From positions 1-64,000 of the forward strand of contig NW_021834231.1 of NCBI RefSeq assembly GCF_006345805.1: DNA of 64,000 bases. The letters are read 5' to 3'. Below are positions 12,424-25,225 of the stretch, piece by piece; within the stretch, counting starts at the first letter, position 1, and each line of letters starts with the position of its first letter. The translations under genes were made by a program, and so were the position numbers. The stretch is from Octopus sinensis (lineage: Eukaryota). The notes beneath the pieces were generated by a model that ran no database searches, was not told the DNA's origin, and saw nothing but the letters and a program-made list of their open reading frames with translations.

Positions 12424-12870
12424 AAGTCGGCGAGGTGGCAGAATTGTTGGCAGGCCGAAAAAAAATGCTTAGCGGCATTTCGTCTGTCACTATGTTCAGA
12501 GTTCAAATTACGCAGAGGTTCACTTTGCTTTTCAACACTCTCAATGTTGATAACATAAGTACCAATAGAAGACTGGGGTCGATGTAATCGACTTACCCCT
12601 TCACCTGAAATTGCTGGCATTATGCCAAAGTTTGACACCAATATCATAAATAAAAGAAGGCGACGAGATGTCAGAAGGGTTAGTACAACGAGCAAAATGC
12701 GTAGCGGTATTTCGTCCGTGTTTACATTCTGAGTTCAAATTCAGAAGAAGTCGACTTTGCCTCTCATTCTTTTAAATAAAATAAGTACCAGTTGTGTACT
12801 GGATTGGATGTATCCAACTTAACCCCGCCCAAGTAATTGCTGGCTGCGTGCCAAAATTTAAATCCAACAT
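12424..12870 (+). mobile_element. Two diverged SINE-B copies with the alternative (non-Tx1) tail
   Basis: GGCGAG.TGGCAGAA heads, GAGTTCAAATT B-box-like motif, tails ...AATTGCTGGC..TGCCAAA.TTT. Confidence 0.75.
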
Positions 12871-14869
12871 TCTTAAACAAAAGCTAAAAGATTAAGAAAC
12901 AAACAACCGACAGCTGAAAACTTTAGCCAGCAATTGATTTTCAGCAGACGTCGAGTAACTATATTTGTGAGTCGGTCATTTATGTGCGTCAACATTTTCC
13001 CACTTCATATTTGGTAGAAATATAAACAAACTGAAAATAACAGCCTTCGTGTCTTCCACAATGGTTAAAACTTCTCTTCAAAATATAATTTAATATATAT
13101 TCATTCTGTCTCGTCAATTACTCTCGTGAACTGTGATAAAATAGAAATTGTGACTAGTAACTGAATACTTTTAGTTTTACAATATTTCTTTTCGCATTAT
13201 CATGTATTGAGTAACTTATTTACATGTTGGCAAATTCAAACATCTATATATATATATACATACAATACACACACCTATACAGATAGAATCATGTATACAC
13301 ATATACATATATTGTGGAAAATGAAGGAGTGTTGCTTTTTATGTGCGTGATTTCTGTGAGGAAATGCTTGAGTCACGCAGGCTTGGTCAGCCATCAGAGA
13401 ACTCATAATTAGTGCACAAAATGCACTTTTTAATCGTCAGTGCAAGCATAATCAAGACATACAAATAAACAAAAAAATAAACATACCAGATGAACACCAC
13501 ATGTATCCAGCATAGTACATAGAATTGTTCACCATTATATGTCTATGTAAGAGGCGGGCTTTTCGAATTGCATCTCGGTACACGTGTTTATTCAGAATAA
13601 AATTCAGCACTGAATATATTCCGGTTAAATTTACAATTCATAAATAGGATAAAATCTTTATAAGAATTTTTCAAGTAGTTAGCGTGAAAAACCTCATAAG
13701 GGAAAAAATCATGAAATCATAGGATTTGCAGCTGAATCTATTTTTAAAAGGCTCGCTTCGAGAGTTGCAGTCCCTCGCGTTCGGTACAATATGTTTATTA
13801 TGGTAGTTTTGACTTTAAGAGTCCCTCCTAGCATGAGGCATTGATGTATAGTAATGCCCTGAGCAAATAAACATAAAGATGGTGTAAAGTAAAGCCACAC
13901 AAATATGGTACACACTTCCACGTGCTTTATGCGTTAGATTCAGGAAACAGGATCCCTCTCTCTTTTTTAGAACTAAATTTGGAAAGAGCCAGGGATTTCC
14001 CCCACGGTGAAATACTGAACGGTACCAGCAACATGGATTTAATATTTCGAAAAAGAAAAACGAGAATATATCCATCGCTCAATCTAGGCTTATTAACAAA
14101 TATTTTCTCGAACCCTTTTTCACCGTTTTATTCTGTAACATAATTCTAAATATCATACTGAACCTAATATTATTGATAAAGGGAATCCAATGCACGTTTT
14201 ACTAAATGTAATTCATATGAAAAAAAACTATCAATAATAATAATAATAGTAATAATAATAATAAATCCATTGTTTTTCGAAATATAAAGAATTCAAGACC
14301 GTTAGATGCATACAGACGCCCATTGACATCAATAATTATATTTGCAGCGTGATACATATCATCAACTATATTTCGTTACAGAATAGAGAAATAAATTACA
14401 TTTTTTCGAAGAATCAGTCTTTTTTCTGTTTTCTACATTTTTCTTTCGTTTCATGTTTAAGTTTGATTTCACGAACACTACAAAAGCAAAACGTTGTCTT
14501 CCTGTCTAAGTTAAGACGTGATCTAGGAATAATGACTCCAGGAGATTTCATGATTCAGATGCACGTTTTCCTTTCATCAGAAAATATAATAAAGTTTTGT
14601 CTAGTTTTCACAATATCAAAGCTGCTGTTATTCTACTTTTTCGTTAATTTTTATAGTGAGGAATATATTTCTTTCATACATGACTGTCAAGCAAATTAGA
14701 TAAACAAGAAATAAAGATTTTGCAGCAAGATATAGGATCGCATGGATTTTTTTCAAAAAAATGTATTGGAAAAGGCACTCATGACAAGTGTTCATGACAT
14801 TTTACATAAATACACACACAGACTGATATGTGCGCCCACATGCACATATGCATATACTTAAATATATAT

Positions 14870-15480
14870 ATAGATAGATAGATACATAAAATATATAGTA
14901 TAATATAATATAATATGATATAATATAATATATATATACATAGATATATAATATATATACACATATATATATATAATGTATATACATATATATAATATAT
15001 AATATATATACATATACATATATATATATATAATATAATATATATATATACACACATATATATAATATAATATAATATATATACACACATATATATATAA
15101 TATATATATATATAATGTCTCTATATAGAACCTAATTCGGTATCTTTTACATATATATATTATTTATATACATATATATATATAACATATAACATATATA
15201 TATATAATAATATATACATATATATATTTAATATATACATATATATATATAATATGTAATATATATACATATATAATATATAATATATAATATATATGAG
15301 TGTGTATGTGTGTGTGTGTACGTAAATCTTTCCAATATGTATATGCAAGCAACTGTTGCAAGCTCAATAAGGATTCAAATACGTGTATATCTATATCTGT
15401 ATCTATATGTATGCATGTATTATGTATGTATGTATGTATGTATGTATGTATGTATTTATGTATGTATGCATGTATGTATG
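14870..15480. repeat. (TA)n-rich, (TG)n and (TATG)n low-complexity block
   Basis: Direct reading. Confidence 0.9.
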
Positions 15481-17118
15481 TGAGGACATTATAACTAATG
15501 GCGTAATAGGAGTGCTGTCATGATATAACAGCGTGTTGTGTGCATTTAAGTATTACAGAGACCGTTCACATCTAAGTTTTCACCGCAGTTGGTTTCCTCC
15601 AGAGGGAAATTGTGAGTGTGTATGTGCAGATCAGTTTGTGACTAAAGGCAAAGTACGTGCAAGAGAAACAGAGAGGAAAAAATCGACTCAGTATATAACA
15701 TTTTTTTCTTTATTTATAGGGCTCGAAAATATGCAAGGCAAAGTTTATCGCGACGGATTTTAAATTCAGAGCGCAGAGTGCAGAAACGTATGAGAAGAAG
15801 GCAGTCTATCGAATGCTGTGATGGTTTTGGTAATCGTGCATTAATACAGGTGTGTGTAAATATGTATATGTGTCTGCCTGAGTATACATAAAATGCTAAT
15901 ATGCATACACACACGTTTTAGAGGGACTTTTCAAAGAGCTCTTCTCACGTGGCAAGAAATGAAGCGATTGGGCATGATTACTTTTGTGCGCTCTGTACGA
16001 ATACAGTTAAAGCAGGATGCATGTATCCATGTGGTTCGTGATCAGTGTGGAAGCCAGATTATTAACTCAACAATATCACATTAGACGTCCTTGACGAAGA
16101 TTCTGCACTTCGTATTTGGACAACTAATTGGTGTAAGCATTTATTTGTCTGGATGATTGGTCGGCTGCTTTTTCTCTTCGTGATGCGCCTCATTTCGAAG
16201 TGTATACGATACGTTGATGGCACTGGACGATTAATAGGAACTGGATCAGGGAATGCGGAATCCTAAGACTCTTCAACCTCTATAATGGCAGCAGAGCTGA
16301 GCGGCATGATTTCTTTAAGTTTAAAGAAATCTAGTTGTCTAGCCACCGGAATTTCGTTTATGTACTAGGTTGGCATACAACCGTATCAGATAGGCTTGCC
16401 CCATACAAGTAAAATCCATAATCAGGGATGAGTAGACGTCTAAAATTTCGTGTCTGTCGACTACACAAGTAGTTATATGCTTGCATTGACTATGTGGGTG
16501 TAATCCGTAAATGGTGACGTAGCCATAATACGATGAAAATATCGTAACCAATGCTCAAAATATACAGTAGCCAGATTAGTCAGTTATTTAGACAGTACTT
16601 GAAACGGGTGATTGCAACAATCGAATATGGGGTGATCTTTTGCAGGGCAGCAAGAGCAAAACTAATGAAGTAAGTAGTTGTCCGGCGAGGAAATAGCCTA
16701 ATTTCCATTTTTTTATATACTTTACAATAAGCCAGACTGTTCGCCCTTATCATTGCAACCGCAGAGGAAAAGATAATTCACTGATTCTGTAAGCCAAGAA
16801 CTGGTGTCGCTGCTCAGGAAAACACCAAACAAAGAAAATATGATCAATAATGTCGGGCTCATAAATCTGCTGAGCGCAGAGTTAAAGATTCTAGCATCAA
16901 CAACCGCAATGGCACCGGCAACTGCTACATGAACAGCATCTCGGAAACTGCAGCAATATAAACAACAGGAAAACCAAGACAACAGAATCCACCACCAAAA
17001 CGCCAAGACATTTTGGTGGTGGGTTTTGCTTGATATGATTGTTGCTGCTAAAATCTTAAACCCTGTCTCATTACTATGTGTTTTATAATTACCTATTGTC
17101 GCCAATATAATCGCCTCT

Positions 17119-17184
17119 CATCTGGGGACACTTTTATCAGGGGGCGTATGATCATACGCCCTCTGATAAAAATGTCCCCAGATG
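17119..17184. repeat. 66-bp spacer-less palindrome
   Basis: CATCTGGGGACACTTTTATCAGGGGGCGTATGA|TCATACGCCCTCTGATAAAAATGTCCCCAGATG; arms match at 31/33. Confidence 0.95.
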
Positions 17185-18190
17185 TGTGTGACAGCACAGA
17201 GGACCTCCCCAGCAGAATCAATAAGTGTAACCATGCCTGATGAGATGCATAATAGGCAGTATGGATGTAGTGTCTCTATACCCATCAATTGATGTTGATT
17301 TTGCTGTGGATAAATGTGTGGAAGGGATCAGCAAAAGTGATGTGAAGTTCTGTGGTGTTGACACTGAAGCACGAGGTCTCCTCCTGAGACTGACATGCGA
17401 CAATTATTACTAAGATAAACATGACCTTAATTGCTTCAGCCCAACTAGATCAATAAGAGATAGACACCACCACTATAACTTCTATGGCGAAGAAGAGCCC
17501 TAAAGAGAGATTTGACGGGTTGATCAGAGCTATTCGGACCCTCGAAAATAATGATCGGGTTAAAAAGATGGTGGAACATGCGGTGGGTGCGAAACGAAGA
17601 CCACATTCAAGGGCCATATATTTAAGTTTAATAACAAGAATTTACACCTAAGAGGAAGGTGCAGCCATCGGTGTCAGTATTTCTGGCGATGTGGCTAACC
17701 TATTTTTGGTACGGTGGGATAAGATACTTAAAGAGAGATTAGCAGAGAACTTCGTAAATATAATCATGTACTCCCGCTACGTGGATAATATCAACATAGT
17801 AGCCAGAGCATCCCTACCAGATAATGTTGCTGATCTAGAAACTAACACTATGGAGAGCATCCTGCAAATAGCTAACTTCATCCACCAGGGTATAAAATAA
17901 CGATAGACTACCCTAGTAAGCACCCTAACTGCAGATTGCCCGTTTTAGACACTGAGCTCCGACTAGAAAGGAAGAACGGTAACGTCCAGATCCGTCACTC
18001 TCATTCTACCAAACTCATGGCCTCTAAGCACTTTGTTCACAAGAACGCAGCGACTGCAGACAACGCCAAGTTCAAAATTCTGATAGACGATTTGGTAATA
18101 TTAATGAGGAATGTGTCTCTCATGTGCGACCCTATGGAATTGGAAAGGCACATGCAACACTTCATCCACCGCATGCAGTTCTCTAGATTA
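17185..18190 (+). pseudogene. Penelope-like element reverse transcriptase remnant
   Basis: CDSTEDL, IIGSMDVVSLYPSID, EGAAIGVSISGDVANLFLVRWD, MYSRYVDNINIV, DYPSK...LPVLD, HFIHRMQFS; stops and frameshifts present. Confidence 0.8.
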
Positions 18191-18474
18191 GAATATACAA
18201 AGGGGCCAGGACTAAATACAAAGCCAGTATATAGTGAGATGCTGTATAGGAGTAAATTCTGGAACATCACGGAAAGGACCAGTAATAAGATAAATAAGGC
18301 CAACATTTGGTATGACCAACTCTTGGTATGACAACAAAAAAATACCAGAGTGTCATAGACTTCGTGCTAGCCCTAGCTGTAAACTTGCACACCTTTTTAG
18401 AAAAAAATTAATTAAGTCTAAAAATATCAGAAACAGGAAGAAAGAGTGAGAGAAAGTTGTGTGACGAACGAATA

Positions 18475-18628
18475 CAGTAGAATTCACCACCACCCCCTAC
18501 CGTAGTCTCATGGTGCTTTTAAGTGTTTTCGCTCAATAAACACTCACAACGCCTGGTCTGGGAATCGAAACCGTGATCCTGTGACCGCGAGTCCGCTGCC
18601 CTAACCACTGGGTCATTGCACCTCCACA
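18475..18628 (-). mobile_element. tRNA-like SINE family C, 5' part
   Basis: GGAGGTGCAATGACCCAGTGGTTAGGGCAGCGGACTCGCGG...GGTTTCGATTCCCAG with A- and B-box-like motifs. Confidence 0.7.
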
Positions 18629-19890
18629 TTAAGAGCTGTATAATGCGGAATTGTAATAGAGTTCGACAAAATAGTTTGCGGTATTTGTTCAGATTCCTAG
18701 CACGCCAAGTTCAGATCCTAGCGTGGTTGTCTTTGTTAAGTTTGAGGTCGATATATAAGTGAGAAAGCCCTTTCTCACAGTTTGCAGGGTTTTGCCTCAG
18801 TTAGAATCAATTATTATTGCGATTACTAGTTTCCCTAATTACACGCCGTATGGTTGCTGTGTGTGAAATTAGAACGACAGACATTGTTAAAAGGGTTTGT
18901 TTCTACGTTCAAAGGGTTGTCTCATTGTGAAATAGTACACAATAAAACTGAAACCGTGTTGCAAATTTTGATGAAGTAATTTGATATAGGGATGTATAAT
19001 TATCTCTCTGTATAAAGCTGAAGTTGCCTGTGTATGGCAGGTTTGGTAGCCTTCAACTAACACTATCTCCACCGAGACCCTGCGGTGCAAGTTGACCAAA
19101 ATTGACAGTATGATAGAAGAAGGCTTGCTCCTCCTTCCGTAGAAGAAACAATTCAAATCGGACCATGTTAACACCAAAATTTATTTACATCAAAAAGGTG
19201 CTTTTTTTCTATGAAAATCCCTATTTTTTACGATATTTTTACTGCTGTGTCGCCATCTTTCTGTGTATTTCAACCAGAAAAATGTTCACTTAAAGAGAAT
19301 AACAAGCTACATAATGCAAAACTTTTACTTTTCAAAAGTTCCAATTCTAAAGGGTCGATACAAGTCCGAGCAACGCCGGGCGATACTGCTAGTAGATGAC
19401 ATCTTTGCTTTATTCTCGACGTTATTCCTTAATCGTTGCTTTTCTTAGAAATGAATAGAAAGAATTTTACAGCTTAGTAACTTAGTAACAGACAAGAAGT
19501 AGTCTCTATATTTTTCGTATCATATAGTTGTAGATTATATGAAAATAATAACATTATTCTTTATTTTGAACAAAACTGATTTCGTCTAATATACATTAGT
19601 AAAACCTACAACTTTTTTCCTGTCCAGTTATATTAATTCGTAGACGATTGTTTATCAAAATAAAAATAAAAATATAGAATTGTATATTATTCTTATTTTG
19701 CTTCATTAAGTGTATTACAATATCTATGTTGCAAAAAATAACCTCTTCTACATAGGCGTTCACCATAATTTGCATTATGTCTATCGATCAGTTATTTGTT
19801 AAAATTTTTTAGTTGTGTGTAATATGAAAGAAAATATGTTAATTTGTCCGCTGCTGTATCTGTTTTGGCTTAACTTTTAATGGTTTCAAA

Positions 19891-20452
19891 GGCGGCGAGC
19901 TGGCAGAAACGTTAACACGCTGGGCGAAATGCGTAGCCGTATTTCTTCTGCCGTTACGTTCTGAGTTCAAATTCCGCCGAGGTCGACTTTGCCTTTAATC
20001 CTTTCGGGGTCGATAAATTAAGTACCAGTTACGCACTGGGGTCGATGTAATCGACTTAATCCGTTTGTCTGTCCTTGTTCGTCCTCTCTGTGTTTAGCCC
20101 CTTGTGGGTAGTAAAGAAATAGGTATTTCGTCTGCCGCTACCTCCTGAGTTCAAATTCCGCCGAGGTCGACTTTGCCTTTCATCCTTTCGGGGTCGATTA
20201 AATAAGTACCAGTTACGCACTGGGGTCGATGTAATCGACTTAATCCGTTTGTCTGTCCTTGTTTGTCCTCTCTGTGTTTAGCCCCTTGTGGGTAGTAAAG
20301 AAATAGGTATTTCTTCTGCCACTACCTTCTGAGTTCAAATTCCGCCGAGGTCGACTTTGCCTTTCATCCTTTCGGTGTCGATTAAATAAGTACCAGTTAC
20401 GCACTGGGATCGATCCAATCGACTTAATCCCTTTGTCTGCCCTTGTTTGTCT
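19891..20452 (+). mobile_element. SINE-B head-to-tail array (3 units, 184-bp period)
   Basis: Tail AAAGAAATA joined to internal GGTATTTC at 20122 and 20306. Confidence 0.88.
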
Positions 20453-20479
20453 TCGGGATTCATTTTTATATATGTCCCA

Positions 20480-21130
20480 CCGCCCTATTTCTCTTTCTTT
20501 TTCTTGAGAGAGTCTGAGTTTATTTTCGATCTCCAAGAGAGTTCCTTTGAGATATACATCTCTCTGTAATTAAGTTGTTTATCTAAAGGATTTGAAATAT
20601 TAGCTTTCCGTTTCGTGATGACTCTCCTGTATCGAGAAACACTGCTTTTTCATATATTGGCTCACCTCTCTGGCACTTATTTAATGCATATGGCTAGCTT
20701 ATTCACATGAATTCTTTGAATTTCATATCAGCATCCTGTACAGAAAGACTATTAAGCCAATTTTCTTTTGAGTCTCTTTTTCAATTCACTTTCAGCCAAC
20801 CTTGTAGGAGTTCAGTCAGGATAGGGAGTGTGTGGAATACATCTTTAATTAGCTTTGGGCCGTTGTCAGTTCTAATATGTCGTGGTCTGAGAGATTTGTC
20901 AGTAACACCTTTACATTCTGGATAAGTTCTATATTGTTGGTGAAACAGACGTCTAAGATGTTATTATTTCTGGTTGGAGAAAGCAGGATTTGCTCTATGA
21001 AAATTATTTTCCTGAAATCAAACAAAGATTCTGCTTGATCAAACTCTTTAAGAGTCACTCGGGAAATTATGTCGCCCTCGGGCCACCTGATGTTGAGGAA
21101 AGTGAATTCACCCATCAGAAATCATTAATG
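20480..21130 (-). pseudogene. CR1/L2-type LINE endonuclease remnant
   Basis: GEFTFLNIRW...QILLSPTRNNNILDVCFTNN...SDHDIL, the APE motifs GDFN/PTR/ILD/SDH. Confidence 0.7.
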
Positions 21131-22848
21131 CATTGATTTGCCTTTGCTGGTACTTCTTTTATCATCTTAAAGCTTTTCTCGTGTTTACCATTATGATTTG
21201 AGGTATCGGGTGGGCTACTTACTAATTTATTTTTCAAGTTTTCCTCTATTCTCATTGTAAAATATTCCAGTCCATAGGAACATTTTGGAATACTACAACA
21301 TATTGAAGATTTTACATGTAGGATACGTAACGATATTTCTCTTAGTTATACTACAGTCCCGCATCGTGAATGAAAATTGGTAAACGCCAATGCAGATGTA
21401 TAACTATCTTTGTTCAGTTCAAGAGACCAAAGAGCAGAGATATATTTATGTATGATCTTTTGAAATTTGAAAACAAAGAAAGCAAAGGAATTCAAACAAT
21501 AGATTCTCCATTGTCTAAAGAATATTTATTAGCGTTGTAAGTAGTACATTTTATAACAGCAATCAAATTATCAGATATCTGCTTCTCAATTTTAGCAGTG
21601 GTGCACGATTTGACAGGAACAGATTTCCGAATCATTGAATTTATGCGAAGAGTAATGGAATATTATTCATATATTTAAAGTATTTCGATATAAAATTTGA
21701 TTTATAAAATTCTTGTGGCCTTAATCTTACCGTTTTCGTTCTTGATATAAACATTTCAGTTCTATTTTTTAATAATTTATTTCGTTAATATATTTGGAAG
21801 TTGTACAGGTGCCAAAGACTTTGTTGCACAAACAACTTTTAAAAACAGCGGGGCGTTGCTACTACTCTCTAATAAACAATCATCGTAGAAACATGCTTTT
21901 GTTTGAATTTCGAAACTAGCTTTAATAACCTCCTGGTTATCGGTTGAACGGTTTCAGACTTGTTTATCATGTATATGTTCAATAGTGAATTTAGTTTCAC
22001 GAAACATAATGTAATTCCCGCGATCATTAGAGGTTCAAATGTTATAACCCTTATTCGTAAATGTTATCAATGGTTTCCCATCTTTCTTTGATCTGGACAC
22101 GACATTCTGTTTGATATTTTACTATGATGATATGATAATAATAATGACACTTAATCTTCAACCTTAGAATGATTTTGATCATTTCTAAAATTATTTTATT
22201 ATCAATCTTGATTGAGGATATTATAATCAATTCCTGCTCAAAATTTACCGTTTTCAAAATTCAAAGCTGCTTGAGTTAAATATATTTTAGATACAGTGTA
22301 TTCCAATCTCCTTATATTATATTATTTTCATTGGATTCTAACATAATATACCAAGAGAGTCTACTTTATTTTCTATCTTTCTAAGTAATGTAATAATATA
22401 AATTCAATTGTCAACAAACCTTCCATAAAAATTACGCTTATTTCATTCTTTCACATTACACAAACAATCATGCTAGATTGTTAGTTATTTTGTTCAGTAT
22501 TAAAAGGTTTCTTTATAGTTTATGATAGATTACTTAACTATATTAAACACAGCGTTGTATGTCTGTTAAGGATAGGAGTGTGTCGTCAGTCAAACCAATC
22601 ATGTTTCTTAACTATAACACCCAATCAATAAAATGTGTAATTGATCATATTGCTTGTCGTTTCCTTTTTCAATGAACTTGAGTTCAGAAGTGTGAAGTAT
22701 GGGGTCGTAAGTGGAAAATGATTGACAATGCTAAGAACGTCAGTTTCGAACTAATGTCTACTAAGTATAAGTATTAAAATATTGATGTTTTAGTATAAAA
22801 TTTCACTTCTTCAATTTTAGCCAGGCAATATTATAATTCCCAAATATT

Positions 22849-22909
<61 letters not shown>

Positions 22910-22957
22910 ACCCTGTACGACATGCGTTGGAGAATGTTAATATTTAGTAGAATACAG

Positions 22958-23718
22958 ATTGGCAGAGTTCATAACAGTCGAAGGATTTCTCAAGGTGAGA
23001 AGATCGATATAGTTTAAGCTGCTCTTTTTCTTGCTACTGAATGAAGGGAAGACATGAGAAGGCTGTGTGTTCTTATGTATTTTTTTTTCTTTTTTAAGGA
23101 AGACATATTAGATGAATTATTCAGTAGAAATTTTGATTGGGGCATCATGTTGTTAGAAAGAAGGTAATATGAACTGGCGTGATTTAGTTGAAAACAAACT
23201 CTGCTTGCTTATTCACCAACGAAGGAAATGTTGTAGTAATTAAAGTGAGATTGCAATTCCTCGGTGAACTAGTTACCGCATTTTTATGAATGAGAGATTT
23301 TTTAGGTCAATCTTCTTTAATATGATCTCTAAATTTTTTCTGTAGAAGTGTTGCCGCCTCATTTATGCAAGAATTTCTGTTTAGTGTAAAATTATGCTTT
23401 GTAGGGAATGGGGAGACATCAGCTGTTCTGAGACGGTACATTTTCTGAAGGTAAAAGAATCCTGCACTTGATTGTCAGAATTTGGTGAGCGGTAGCAACA
23501 GCAAATAAAAGAATATAGAAGAAGAGAATTTTATTCAGTTTACTAGAGAGAAATCGGTGTTGCCAAATTACAAACGCGGCAAACGAATTTGTAAGCTTTG
23601 GAAATGTTTCGTAAGAGAAAACAAAACCTAATTTAAAATGTAGAGTGTAACCAGACAAAAATGATTGGCTACAGGCAAAACTTCATTTTAGCTTGCATTC
23701 AAGAACTTCGAGATGCGA
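22958..23718 (+). CDS. Possible chain of four short exons (22958-22994, 23099-23163, 23405-23450, 23692-23718) of an unidentified gene
   Basis: AG/GT boundaries with compatible phases give LAEFITVEGFLKEDILDELFSRNFDWGIMLLERREWGDISCSETVHFLKLAFKNFEMR; boundaries chosen post hoc, no recognised domain. Confidence 0.3.
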
Positions 23719-24378
23719 GTAATTTCAATATACTAGTAATGTTATTTCATTCTTTTGAGGTGGAAGTGATATAATTAATGCACATATTCTGGATCAACAT
23801 TACAGGCTAACCTTAAAATCAAATCCGTTTTTTGTTTAAGGTAGACAAAGTGAATATGCACAGTATGATATATATCAATCAAGCAGGATAAATGTCTTTA
23901 ATGATACTGGTTATCTTAAGAGAGGAATAATTAAAACAGTAATTAAAACATTCTAAGCCTTAGTACAGTAATCATCTGCCACCGATTAATAAATATATTA
24001 ATGACCCTTAGGCGATATATGAGGAGACATTGTTATTGAGAAGATTACCAATTTATCAAATTTCGACTTTGAGGTTAATCAATATGAACACATCCTGTTA
24101 TATTTATACTTATCTCGAAAACAAACTCAGCGTCTTTCTTTGAAATATTTGCGAAGCGACAGTAATAGAAGACATTTTGTTTTATTGTTGTTTGTTTTTA
24201 CTTCTGAAAGATTCACTCATGCAAGGTTTTGGTGTCAGAATTTTCAGCAAACCAGAAGAGAAAACTTATAATTACATCAAGTGTTCAAGATAGTTTTCAG
24301 CACAGTGTGTGTGTATGTGTGTGTTATTCATATATATATATATATAACACGCACACAAACACACAGACGCAAACACAT

Positions 24379-24413
<35 letters not shown>

Positions 24414-24826
24414 AGCAAATAGATGTTCAAAACAATATTATATCAAAAATTTTTATGTAAATGTCAATAGGATTTAAGAAATTTACTGATGTAAAAGTCG
24501 CATTTTAGACCTTTCCGTAAGAGCTTACAATGGACCTTTTGTTTTAATGTCAAGGAGTGAAATGTTATTTTTTTCCTGTTGAATAGTTGTTTTCTTTGAT
24601 ACATCTGAATGACTGATATTTGAGAGCGCGTGTCATGCTGACGCTTTTGACGTTGAACCAAACAAATATTTCACATCTCATTACTTCTTCAATCATTTAG
24701 ATGAATACTATGGATTAATATAATATATATTAGAAGCAAACGTAATTTCACCTTTATATCTATGAAGATTGATTTACTTATCAAACTAAACTTTAGACTT
24801 AGAATACTGAAGAACGGAATTAACTC

Positions 24827-25225
24827 ACTCTTTTACCCTGTTACTTGTTTCAGTCATTTGACTGCGGCCATGCTGGAGCACCACCTTTAGTCGAGCAAAT
24901 CGACCCCAGAACTTATTCTTTGTAAGCATAGTACTTATTCTATGTTTTTTTTCCGAACCGCTAAGTTACGAGGACGTAAACACACCAGCATCGATTGTCA
25001 AGCGATGTTGGGGGCACAAACGCATACACACAAAAGTATACACACACATACATATATATATATGATGGACTTCTTTCAGTTTCCGTCTACCAAATCGACT
25101 CACAAGGCTTTGGTCGACCCGAGGCTATATTAGAAGACAGTTGCCCAAGGTGCCACGCAGTGGAACTGAACCCGGAACCATGTAGTTCGTAAGCAAGCAA
25201 CTTACCACACAGCCACTCCTGCGCC
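24827..25225 (-). mobile_element. SINE family A, full length
   Basis: Matches the other family A copies end to end. Confidence 0.85.

Noticed and set aside
16722-17105. 127-aa hydrophobic ORF as a membrane protein
   Set aside because: No recognisable domain; hydrophobicity follows from the A/C-rich opposite strand
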